Part shown: positions 28,101 to 35,442 of the stretch, piece after piece
Layout: every line of letters starts with the position of its first letter
Numbering within the stretch: position 1 is the first letter of the stretch
Virus record (IMG/VR): IMGVR_UViG_3300044983_000399
Span: 1 to 41,172 of that record
Origin: a virus
Taxonomy: Duplodnaviria > Caudoviricetes
Length of the DNA stretch: 41,172 nt
Strand: one strand, 5' to 3'
Translations under genes and position numbers: made by a program
Notes under the pieces: generated by a model
The model's database searches: none
The model's input: only the letters and a program-made list of their open reading frames with translations
What the model was told of the DNA's origin: nothing

Positions 28101-28224
28101 GGTGCAAGGGGATGTGAAAGACCCGCAACGCTTGGCGCAGGACCTCATGCCGCATATGCGGTTAATGATGGCTGATGCGGCGAAACAAAACGCCGCGAAG
28201 CTGTACGACGAACCGCACCTGTAA
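25126..28224 (+). CDS. Tail tape measure protein
   Basis: Long helical Ala/Gly-rich protein, GAAIGSVVPIIGTAIGG segment, synteny. Confidence 0.93.
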   Translation: MANKIALGLVIGGAVSSTVGAAFKDVTGRIKRLEAEGNKARVLQRTIGDTIRLRDEWKKAHDSGSEGASKLLGRLNSNLDSLKKQGIEVGRLEKAYRSMGQTANKAELKARGHQQLDAGKNSMKSTVGAAVVGVGMLAVPTKVSADFGAIVRDIAIKAGIANKPQEKEMSRKIIDTSRDTGMARNAVADVVNQLVGAGMELSKALEYAPVAAKFVVGQGSNGVDTAKMINALGQNAKITDPKQMQQALEAIAYQGQAGSFEAADMAKWFPELLANMGSLGITGMDAVTQLGAMLQVQMKSAGGADEAANNLKNWMSKIGSGDTVKSYAKAGIDYKGSMQTGLQNGMSTLETSMALAQKYIQATDPKRAAAMAEATAKISKESDPEKAKAMMASLEESLRTGDLFADMQVKAALSAYMQNKALYSQLKNDSRDATGILDKNLSERREASSQKWAEMAQSMDDAMRSVGDALRPVTDTVAEALTKVTKGITSLSDSAPGVVTGIAAVGGGLVALKGLRSSFKIAKGLLNVARGSLGGKAGEVQKVFVTNSPDGGGGDGKVSEPKGKAGKALSLVESGLKAVAALKGDSDDVEGKDDKKPGKLDIVATGLKVVSLAKEAVSGNEEAGKVGDSAAGGADVQKVFVVNASAMGGSNGGIGELRRRGRGSRRNPSRRRPTSPRAGSSPRPRVRAPRLSVPRFPVPAPRPPLVRSPTPSSRPPVSRLSVPATRPSMPRPPVAVPSSSVARPPVPGPRPQMSRPPVLTPSPPVPRPPVLIPRPPLPPVTVPSGALAKLGGVVQAVGKIGKAAKMIPGGSLMEAGAMAFDTYENAKTKDEKAEGYGAAAGNLAGTMAGAAAGAAIGSVVPIIGTAIGGLVGAYLGSMGGSALGGAAGKSWFGGEDEKPAPPVTPLLMAPRPGPAIPSLATMGKSFNGANGSGALLLAPAPQSQVLGDVARSMAVSAPTKPAAMAIQPKEPEKPVPAKVDQKFEYSLTVPITVQGDVKDPQRLAQDLMPHMRLMMADAAKQNAAKLYDEPHL

Positions 28225-28233
28225 GGAGTCCCT

Positions 28234-29079
28234 ATGGCTTATATGGAACAGATGCAGTCGGGCCTCAAGTACCTGGTTGAAGCGGGGGAGGCTGGCAGAC
28301 GTAGTGCCGACGGCATGCTTGGGCCTGTCAACGGAGCGATCAGGGAGTTAACCGGCGCGGCGGCGGAGCTGGAGAATATCCCGTTTGTGGGGCCGACTGT
28401 CGGGGCCAAGCTGCAGAGGATGATGCGCGGCGTGGATGCAGCGCAGGCCAAGGTCGGCCAGGTGGTGGCCGTGTACGGCCGCGCGACACGGGCGGCCACC
28501 GAAGTGCAGGAGCGGATGGGCGCCCTGAAAGAACAGGCGGGTAGGGCGGCGACGGCGATCAACAACATCGCCGGCAAGGTCAGCCCGTCGTTGGCGAACA
28601 TCGTGCCCACCAGTTCCTTTGCGACTGATGCAACGCCGGCACCGGAAGCGGTGAAACCGTTCCCGCATTTGCTGATCATCCAGCCCCGTGACCCCAAGGT
28701 TCAGCCGTACTACTTCAACCTGGACACGGCCGCATTCGACGAGCTGAGCCGCTCGACCGAATTCCGCTGGGCTTCTCAAGAGCGACTGTCGCGGCGCCCA
28801 GCGCCGCAGGCCGTGGGCATAGGCGAGGAAAAACTCACTCTCAAGGGGACGATTTACCCAGGCTTCAAGGGCGGCCTCAAGCAGCTCGACACTTTGCGCA
28901 CCATCGGCGGCAGATTACAGCCACTGACCTTGACCACGGGTTATGGCGAAGTGATCGGGACTTGGTGCCTGAAGTCCATCAACGAGGAGCAAGGCGCGCT
29001 TCTGCACGGCGGGATTCCCCGTAAACAAGGGTTCACTCTGGAGTTTGCACGCTATGGCGACGACATGCAGAACGTCTGA
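28234..29079 (+). CDS. Tail protein, P2 GpU family
   Basis: C-terminal W-Q-RL-R-PA-Q-VG-GE, L-TGYG-G-W, F-LEF-RYG. Confidence 0.88.
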   Translation: MAYMEQMQSGLKYLVEAGEAGRRSADGMLGPVNGAIRELTGAAAELENIPFVGPTVGAKLQRMMRGVDAAQAKVGQVVAVYGRATRAATEVQERMGALKEQAGRAATAINNIAGKVSPSLANIVPTSSFATDATPAPEAVKPFPHLLIIQPRDPKVQPYYFNLDTAAFDELSRSTEFRWASQERLSRRPAPQAVGIGEEKLTLKGTIYPGFKGGLKQLDTLRTIGGRLQPLTLTTGYGEVIGTWCLKSINEEQGALLHGGIPRKQGFTLEFARYGDDMQNV

Positions 29080-29260
29080 CGGAGACATGCTAGATGTCAT
29101 TTGTCATAACGTTTACGGCCATCTAAACGGCAGCGTTGAGGCGGTGCTTGATGCCAATCAAGGGTTGGCAGACGAGCCCCAGCCTTACCGCACTGGGGTG
29201 GTGATCGTTTTGCCGGATCTGCCAAGCCCGACTGAGGAAGGGATTAGTTTGTGGGATTGA
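29054..29260 (+). CDS. Tail protein X (LysM-like)
   Basis: GD-LD-IC-YG...VL-AN-GL...I-LP...LWD. Confidence 0.9.
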   Translation: MATTCRTSDGDMLDVICHNVYGHLNGSVEAVLDANQGLADEPQPYRTGVVIVLPDLPSPTEEGISLWD

Positions 29261-29353
29261 ACCCGAACCACACCGCCAGGATCCCGTTGCGTTACGCGTA
29301 ACGGCACTTTGTGTACGGCCCGCCTTGTGCGGGTATTTTTTTGGAACAAATCC

Positions 29354-30400
29354 ATGACTCCCACTTTTCGAATCGTTGCCGATGGTGCCGATATTACCGC
29401 CAAGATTAATGATCGACTGTTGCTGCTGCGGACTTCTGACAAGCCAGGTATGAATTCCGACGAGTTTGAATTGCGTATTGATGACCGTGAGGGCCAGGTG
29501 CAGCTGCCCCGGCGGGGTAGCTCAATCGAGATTTACCTGGGTTACGCCGAGACGTCTCTGATGCGCCTTGGGCGTTACGCAGTGGACACGGTCGAAGTGT
29601 CCGGCCCGCCGGATACGATTGTGATCAAGGGGAAGGCCAGCGACATGCGCGGCAGTGGCAAGACTATCCGTAGTGGAAGCTGGGAGGACGTGCCGCTGTC
29701 GAAAATCGTGGCCGACATCGCCGCGCGCAATGGTTGGCAGGCGGTGTGTCCGGTGGCAACGAAGGTCGCCCGGGTGGATCAACTCAACGAGTCCGACTTT
29801 AATTTCATCACGCGCCTGGCTAAGCAATACGACTGCACGGCCAAGGTGGCCGACGGCAAGCTGTTGGTGATGCCGCGTCAGGGTAGCCAGACTGCCAGCG
29901 GCAAGACGTTTGGCGCGATCACACTGACGAAAAGCGACCTCAGTCGATGGCAATTCAGCCTTGGGGATCGCAACTCTCACAAGGCGGTGGCGACCAAGCA
30001 TCAGAATAAGAAGGACGGCAAGCTGTCGGTGGTCACCGTTGACAACAACGACGCCTCAGATGGATTGCCGGCGGTGCATACAGACCGGCATATCTACCCG
30101 AACAAGACCGCTGCCGAGGCTGCCGCCAAAGCTCGGTTGGCGGCGTTCAATCGCTCGACCGCCGATGTGCGCTTTGAGATGCCTGGCCGCACAGACATTT
30201 TTGCCGAACGTCTGATCAACGCCCAGGGCTTCAAGGGCGGTCTAGATGGTGAGTACCTGGCGGACTCGGTCGAGCAGGTGTTCACCCAATCCGGCTGGTC
30301 GACCACGGTGGAATGCAATGCCGGTAAACAAGGTAAATCCAAAGACAAGAAAAAGAAGGAAAAGAAGCCGCTCAAAGTAGTGAGCGTCGAGAAGCAGTAG
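29354..30400 (+). CDS. Baseplate hub / late control D family protein
   Basis: P-F-I-ADG-DIT, Q-NESD-NF-TRLA; start 29354. Confidence 0.9.
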   Translation: MTPTFRIVADGADITAKINDRLLLLRTSDKPGMNSDEFELRIDDREGQVQLPRRGSSIEIYLGYAETSLMRLGRYAVDTVEVSGPPDTIVIKGKASDMRGSGKTIRSGSWEDVPLSKIVADIAARNGWQAVCPVATKVARVDQLNESDFNFITRLAKQYDCTAKVADGKLLVMPRQGSQTASGKTFGAITLTKSDLSRWQFSLGDRNSHKAVATKHQNKKDGKLSVVTVDNNDASDGLPAVHTDRHIYPNKTAAEAAAKARLAAFNRSTADVRFEMPGRTDIFAERLINAQGFKGGLDGEYLADSVEQVFTQSGWSTTVECNAGKQGKSKDKKKKEKKPLKVVSVEKQ

Positions 30401-30411
30401 TGCATCCCATC

Positions 30412-30433
30412 GCCGCCAGAGTGCGGTTTTTTT
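30412..30433 (+). terminator. Hairpin plus U-tract before the endolysin gene
   Basis: GCCGC-CAGAGT-GCGGT-TTTTTT. Confidence 0.55.
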
Positions 30434-30448
30434 ATGTCTGGAGTTTTT

Positions 30449-31012
30449 ATGTCTGTTACCGAGCAACAGCTGCAACGCATCATGCCGAACGCCCGCCGCC
30501 AAGCGGGCGTTTTTGTATCTGCTCTGAACGCGGCAATGGAGCGTCGGCAGATCAGCACACCGAAGCGCCAAGCGGCGTTCCTGGCGCAGGTCGGCCACGA
30601 GTCGGGGCAACTGCAGTACGTCCGCGAACTGGGCGGCGATCAGTACCTGAGCAAATACGACACCGGCAACCTGGCTGCGAAACTTGGCAATACCCTGGAG
30701 CCCGACGGTGATGGCCAACGCTATCGTGGTCGCGGCCTGATCCAGGTCACCGGCCACGACAACTATCTGCGCTGCAGCCTGGCACTATTCGGCGATGAGC
30801 GATTGCTGCGCACGCCCGAGTTGCTGGAGCTGCCGCAGTGGGCCGCAGAGTCTGCCGCATGGTTCTGGTCGGTAAACGGGTTGAATGCGCTCGCGGATCA
30901 GGATCAGTTCAACACCATCACCCGCCGAATCAATGGCGGCCTTAACGGTCTGGAAGATCGCCTGCAACTTTGGGCCAGGGCGAGGGCGGTGTTATGCGTC
31001 TCCTCAATCTGA
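30449..31012 (+). CDS. Glycoside hydrolase family 19 endolysin
   Basis: AAFLAQVGHES, YRGRGLIQVTG-NY, TRRINGGLNG. Confidence 0.95.
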   Translation: MSVTEQQLQRIMPNARRQAGVFVSALNAAMERRQISTPKRQAAFLAQVGHESGQLQYVRELGGDQYLSKYDTGNLAAKLGNTLEPDGDGQRYRGRGLIQVTGHDNYLRCSLALFGDERLLRTPELLELPQWAAESAAWFWSVNGLNALADQDQFNTITRRINGGLNGLEDRLQLWARARAVLCVSSI

Positions 31013-31536
31013 TCCCTGCGCAGTTCCGAATTGCGGCCATGGGCCTGGTGCTGGTGCTCCTGGCTGCTGGATCTGCTGCATTGGCCTGGACCGCACAAGG
31101 TTGGCGTTACGGCCAGCAGTTGGAACGCCAGGCCCGACTCCATGCCGACACCCTCACCGAGATATCCCTGGCCGGCGCTGCCCTGCAGCGCAAAGAGCAG
31201 GATAAGCGCCTCGCCCTGGAGCGGCGCCTGCGGGACAAAGACGAAACCCACCACCAGGAATTGACCGATGAACAAACCAAGCAGGCTCGCCTGCGTGATC
31301 GCCTGGCTACTGCTAATTTGCGGCTGTCAGTCGTACTCGCCACCACCGACGCCACCGGCAACTGTTCAATGCCAACCACCACCGCCACCGGCTGCGTGGT
31401 TCATGGCCCCACAAGAGTCGAACTTGACCCTGCGCATGCTCAACGAATTATCGGCATCACCGATTCCGGCGACCAAGGATTGATCGCCCTGCGGGCCTGT
31501 CAGGCTTACGCAAAAGAAGTTTCTACACTGAAGTAA
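30994..31536 (+). CDS. Rz-like inner-membrane spanin
   Basis: N-terminal TM, coiled coil, RLSV, LRACQAY. Confidence 0.88.
   Translation: MRLLNLIPAQFRIAAMGLVLVLLAAGSAALAWTAQGWRYGQQLERQARLHADTLTEISLAGAALQRKEQDKRLALERRLRDKDETHHQELTDEQTKQARLRDRLATANLRLSVVLATTDATGNCSMPTTTATGCVVHGPTRVELDPAHAQRIIGITDSGDQGLIALRACQAYAKEVSTLK
31268..31483 (+). CDS. Rz1-like outer-membrane lipoprotein spanin, fully nested in Rz
   Basis: Signal peptide with lipobox-like ICGC and Pro-rich mature part, in the +1 frame of Rz. Confidence 0.8.
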   Translation: MNKPSRLACVIAWLLLICGCQSYSPPPTPPATVQCQPPPPPAAWFMAPQESNLTLRMLNELSASPIPATKD

Positions 31537-31651
31537 AAGGAGCGGCCCAGCAGGATGCGTCAACATCCAACCCGGCCACCTTACCCGCAGATCGTCCCTG
31601 CAAGTCCAGCCAAGGCTCCTGCTTCGTGCACAAAGCGAAGCGAGCCTAGCA

Positions 31652-31667
31652 CTGTTTATCCATACAG
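31652..31667. promoter_or_regulatory. LexA (SOS) box upstream of the methyltransferase
   Basis: CTGTTTATCCATACAG fits CTGT-N8-ACAG. Confidence 0.75.
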
Positions 31668-31684
31668 CAAAGGTCTTGCTTTCT

Positions 31685-32479
31685 ATGTCTACACCCATCA
31701 TCCCTTGGATGGGCGGCAAACGCCGTCTGGCCGACCGCCTTATCCCGCTCTTCCCACCCCACGAATGCTACGTCGAAGTCTTCGCCGGCGGCGCCGCGCT
31801 CTACTTCATGCGTCCCCAGGCCGCGCCCGTTGAAGTCCTCAACGATATTAATGGCGACCTGGTGACGCTGTACCGCGTCGTGCAGAACCATCTGGAAGAG
31901 TTCGTGCGCCAGTTCAAATGGGCGCTCAGCTCCCGGCAGGTGTTCGAGTGGCAGAAGATGACCCGCCCTGAAACCCTCACCGATATCCAGCGTGCCGCCC
32001 GTTTTTTCTACCTTCAGCACCATGCCTTTGCCGGCAAGGTGACCGGGCAGACGTTTGGTACCGCGACCACAGGGCCAGCTATCAACCTGCTGCGGATCGA
32101 GGAAAACCTCTCGGCCGCCTGGCAGCGTCTGTCTGGTACCTACGTTGAAAACCTTCCTTGGCTCGAATGCGCAGAACGTTACGACCGTGCCCACACGTTC
32201 CACTACATGGACCCACCTTACTGGCAGACCGCCGGCTATGGCGTGGACTTCCCGTTCAAGAACTACGAGCGCATGGCCGAGTTCATGCGACGCTGCAAAG
32301 GCAAGGTGATGATCAGCATCAACGATCACCCTGATATCCGGCGGGTGTTTGAGGGGTTTCACTTTGAGATGGTGGACATTCGGTACACCACATCGAACCA
32401 GCGACAAGGAAAGGGTGAGGTTAGCGGTGAACTGGTGATCATGAACTGGGAGCCAGCCGCATTGGGGGGGCTGTTCTGA
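31685..32479 (+). CDS. DNA adenine methyltransferase (Dam/D12 family), orphan
   Basis: WMGGK, YVEVFAGG, LND-N, YMDPPY. Confidence 0.93.
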   Translation: MSTPIIPWMGGKRRLADRLIPLFPPHECYVEVFAGGAALYFMRPQAAPVEVLNDINGDLVTLYRVVQNHLEEFVRQFKWALSSRQVFEWQKMTRPETLTDIQRAARFFYLQHHAFAGKVTGQTFGTATTGPAINLLRIEENLSAAWQRLSGTYVENLPWLECAERYDRAHTFHYMDPPYWQTAGYGVDFPFKNYERMAEFMRRCKGKVMISINDHPDIRRVFEGFHFEMVDIRYTTSNQRQGKGEVSGELVIMNWEPAALGGLF

Positions 32480-32484
32480 TAGCA

Positions 32485-33186
32485 TCACACATACTTGGGT
32501 GGCACCGGCAGCAGTAAGTCAGCCCCCCGGTTATTCAAACTCCCCACTGCTTTGCCAACGGCATACCACTCAAAGTCCTCCACAGGCTGGCAACATTCCT
32601 CTGCTATTTCCTCGGCTCGGGCTGGAGTAAGGTCGGGGTCGATCCATTCCCTGGCGTATCTAGGTGTCAGCACCAACGGCTTGCGGTCGTGGATGTCCAC
32701 CATGCCCTGGTCACTGGCGGCGGTGATGATGACGAACCCATCGCCGTCCTGGGGATGCAGGCCTGGATGCACCTGGGCTAGTGCGCCAAAGAACATGGGT
32801 TTCTGACTCTTCAGGCAAATGAAGTAGGGCTGCTTTCTCTTCTGATCGTCAGGGTCTTTGACCCATTCAAACCACCCTTCACTCGGCACCAGGGCTCGGC
32901 CATTTGGCCAGAGTTGCTTGAAGAACTTTCCCGTGGTGACCGTCTCTACGCGTGCGTTGATCGGATCGGGGCGCTTGCCCTTGGCCCAGAACGGCGTCCA
33001 TCCCCATTTGACCGCAGCGATATGCAGCCCATCCTTAGCAGCGTGCAGTAACTGCACCCGTGTCGACGGTGCGACGTTGTAGCGATCAATAGGCTGAGCG
33101 TCGTAGCCGCTGAACAGCTCTATCTGGGGGCTCAGTTCTTCAATGAAAACCGCCATCCCTTCGTACTGCACGAATCGCCCGCACAT
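32485..33186 (-). CDS. SOS response-associated peptidase (SRAP; YedK/HMCES family)
   Basis: MCGRF N-terminus, YNVAP, INAR-ET, FEW, IHDR-P. Confidence 0.93.
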   Translation of the reverse strand: MCGRFVQYEGMAVFIEELSPQIELFSGYDAQPIDRYNVAPSTRVQLLHAAKDGLHIAAVKWGWTPFWAKGKRPDPINARVETVTTGKFFKQLWPNGRALVPSEGWFEWVKDPDDQKRKQPYFICLKSQKPMFFGALAQVHPGLHPQDGDGFVIITAASDQGMVDIHDRKPLVLTPRYAREWIDPDLTPARAEEIAEECCQPVEDFEWYAVGKAVGSLNNRGADLLLPVPPKYV

Positions 33187-33251
33187 ACGCACCTCTCCGC
33201 CTGTCGAAATCCCCTACAGAAAAATTGACCGCAAGCGTCCTACAAAGTTAA

Positions 33252-33267
33252 CTGTACATTCGTACAG
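33252..33267. promoter_or_regulatory. LexA box between divergent SRAP and umuD
   Basis: CTGTACATTCGTACAG. Confidence 0.85.
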
Positions 33268-33287
33268 TATCTATAAAAGGCCGCATC

Positions 33288-33713
33288 ATGAGCTTCACCA
33301 TTCTAGGTCCTATCGCTGAGGTAGGCGCGAAGCTGCCTATGTGTTCGTTCCAAGTTCCGGCTGGCTTTCCTTCGCCAGCAGCGGATCACATTGAGCAGCA
33401 CATCTCATTGGATGAGGTCCTGAATATCCGCGCACCACATGTTTACCTGGTAGCCATCACGGGAGAAAGCATGCAGGGGATTGGTATCTTCGAAGGCGAT
33501 CTCGCGGTGGTTGATCGTGCCATTGAGCCCGCGCACGGGCACGTGGTGGTGGCTTTGCTGAACAATGAGCCCGTCTGCAAGCGCCTATGTAAGCGCGGCC
33601 GGGATGTTGTCCTTCTTTCAGAAAACTCCAAATACCCGGCGCGGCACGTTCTTGAAGGGGATGAGTTGTCAATTTGGGGTGTGATCACTAGCACAGTGCG
33701 CAGCCATGTCTAA
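33288..33713 (+). CDS. umuD: Pol V accessory subunit UmuD/RulA
   Basis: VPAGFPSPA, GESM, CKRL, IWGV. Confidence 0.93.
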   Translation: MSFTILGPIAEVGAKLPMCSFQVPAGFPSPAADHIEQHISLDEVLNIRAPHVYLVAITGESMQGIGIFEGDLAVVDRAIEPAHGHVVVALLNNEPVCKRLCKRGRDVVLLSENSKYPARHVLEGDELSIWGVITSTVRSHV

Positions 33714-34983
33714 GCGGCAATCGACCTTTGCGCTCGTTGACTGCAACAGCTTCTATGCTAGTTGCGAGCGGGTATTCCGGCCGGATTTGGCGAAGGTGCC
33801 CATCGTGGTGCTGAGCAACAACGACGGCTGTGTCATCGCGCGCAGTTACGACGCGAAGCCTTTCATCAAGATGGGCGAGCCGTATTTCCAGATCAAGCAC
33901 AAGCTCAAGCAGCACGGCATTGTGCCGTTCTCCTCCAACTACGCATTTTACGGCGACATGAGCGAGCGCGTGATGAGTCTGATCGAGTCATTGGTGCCAG
34001 CAGTTGAGGTGTACAGCATTGATGAGGCGTTCGCTGACTTGACTGGCATTGTTGGGTTGGATGCTTTGGGTCGCCAGATTCGGGCTCAGGTGCTTCGCTG
34101 TACGGGTATTCCTGTCGGTGTTGGTATCGCTCACACCAAGACTCTGGCGAAGCTGGCGAACCACACGGCGAAACGTCTTCAGGCGCAGACGGGTGGTGTG
34201 GTCAACATTACCGATCCAATTAAACGCGATTGGGTGCTGCGCAATACAGACGTGGCAGAGGTATGGGGCGTTGGCCGCAAGATGAAACTGCACCTGGATG
34301 CCTTGGGCATAAAATCCGCTATGGATTTGGCAAGGGCGGACCCGTGGGCGCTTCGCAAGAAGTTCAGCGTTGTGATCGAGAAGACGGCCAGGGAGCTGGG
34401 CGGCACCTCTTGTCTGGAACTGGACGAGCCTGATCCTCCAAAGCAGGAAATCTGCTGCAGCCGGATGTTCGGCATGAGGCTAACCGAGTTGGCACCCATC
34501 AGAGAGGCAGTGGCCACCTACATGATACGGGCCTCGGAAAAGCTCCGTGCTCAGAATTCGCTCTGCAAGAAGGTCCGTGTGTGCATCCGCACCGGTATGT
34601 TCAACCCGGACGAAGCTAAGTATGCGAATGGGGTAGTAGTGGACATGCCGTATCCAACCGATGATGTTCGCCTACTCACCAAGGCTGCCGTAGACGCACT
34701 GGACCGGATATTCCGGCCTGGATTCAAGTACAGCAAGGCCGAAGTGCTGCTGCTCAACCTATGCCAGCCTGGCGAGTACACCGATGATCTTTTCGCACTT
34801 TCGCAGCCGGCAGAGTCCACCCGGGTAATGACGGTCTTGGACCAGATTAACGGCCGGTGGGGGCGAGGCACCCTTCGAGCTGCAAGCGTGCCAGCTAACC
34901 CTGACTGGGGTATGCGTCGCGAGATGATGAGTCAAAGCTACACAACCAAGCTCGATCAGCTTTGGTCGGTAGCCTGTAAATAA
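33706..34983 (+). CDS. umuC: Y-family DNA polymerase V UmuC/RulB
   Basis: DCNSFYASCE, VLSNNDGC, YSIDE, W-MRRE-S-YTT. Confidence 0.96.
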   Translation: MSKRQSTFALVDCNSFYASCERVFRPDLAKVPIVVLSNNDGCVIARSYDAKPFIKMGEPYFQIKHKLKQHGIVPFSSNYAFYGDMSERVMSLIESLVPAVEVYSIDEAFADLTGIVGLDALGRQIRAQVLRCTGIPVGVGIAHTKTLAKLANHTAKRLQAQTGGVVNITDPIKRDWVLRNTDVAEVWGVGRKMKLHLDALGIKSAMDLARADPWALRKKFSVVIEKTARELGGTSCLELDEPDPPKQEICCSRMFGMRLTELAPIREAVATYMIRASEKLRAQNSLCKKVRVCIRTGMFNPDEAKYANGVVVDMPYPTDDVRLLTKAAVDALDRIFRPGFKYSKAEVLLLNLCQPGEYTDDLFALSQPAESTRVMTVLDQINGRWGRGTLRAASVPANPDWGMRREMMSQSYTTKLDQLWSVACK

Positions 34984-34986
34984 CTG

Positions 34987-35006
34987 CTGCTTTCGGCCAA
35001 AAGCGG
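34987..35006 (+). repeat. Left 20-bp imperfect inverted repeat flanking the accessory cassette
   Basis: CTGCTTTCGGCCAAAAGCGG; 17/20 match to the reverse complement of 39711-39730. Confidence 0.6.
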
Positions 35007-35374
35007 ATACTCCATCTGCCGAGTATCCGAATCTAATCGCCGGAAAATGCGTCCCACCATCCAATCAACAAGCCCCCTAACATGCGAACTCAAGCGTGTA
35101 GGCAGGGGATAGATAATCGATATTGGAATGAGGGTGTTGGGTTGTTTTTTTAGTAGAGGTACTAAAGCCCCTGACGCCAGGAACTCGCTCCCACCGACTC
35201 ATGCGTGCGGCGCATCCGAAGAATGTTGACTTTCAGTCCAACGAGCCCCGCACTGTGATAGGCGGAGACGTCGAAGCGAGAAATGCGCTCTTCCCCCCTT
35301 CACCTAAATTGCAAAGGCCAGACCTCATTGTTTGAGGCGCTGAAATAACCGAGGAGATGATAGTTTTCAAGGTC

Positions 35375-35424
35375 GGCCTGGGCCTAGGCTAAGAGGTTAC
35401 TACCTCTTCGCCTAGGCCCAGGCC
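35375..35424. other. Long near-perfect hairpin downstream of the SAMD9-like gene
   Basis: GGCCTGGGCCTAGGC-T-AAGAGGT-TACT-ACCTCTT-C-GCCTAGGCCCAGGCC. Confidence 0.8.
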
Positions 35425-35442
35425 CAGTGCCCAAAGACAGTG

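Noticed and set aside
31685-32479. Methyltransferase as part of a restriction-modification system
   Set aside because: No adjacent endonuclease; neighbours are spanin and SRAP
33706-34983. Element inserted within rulB/umuC
   Set aside because: The ORF is intact at 425 aa; the cargo begins after its stop
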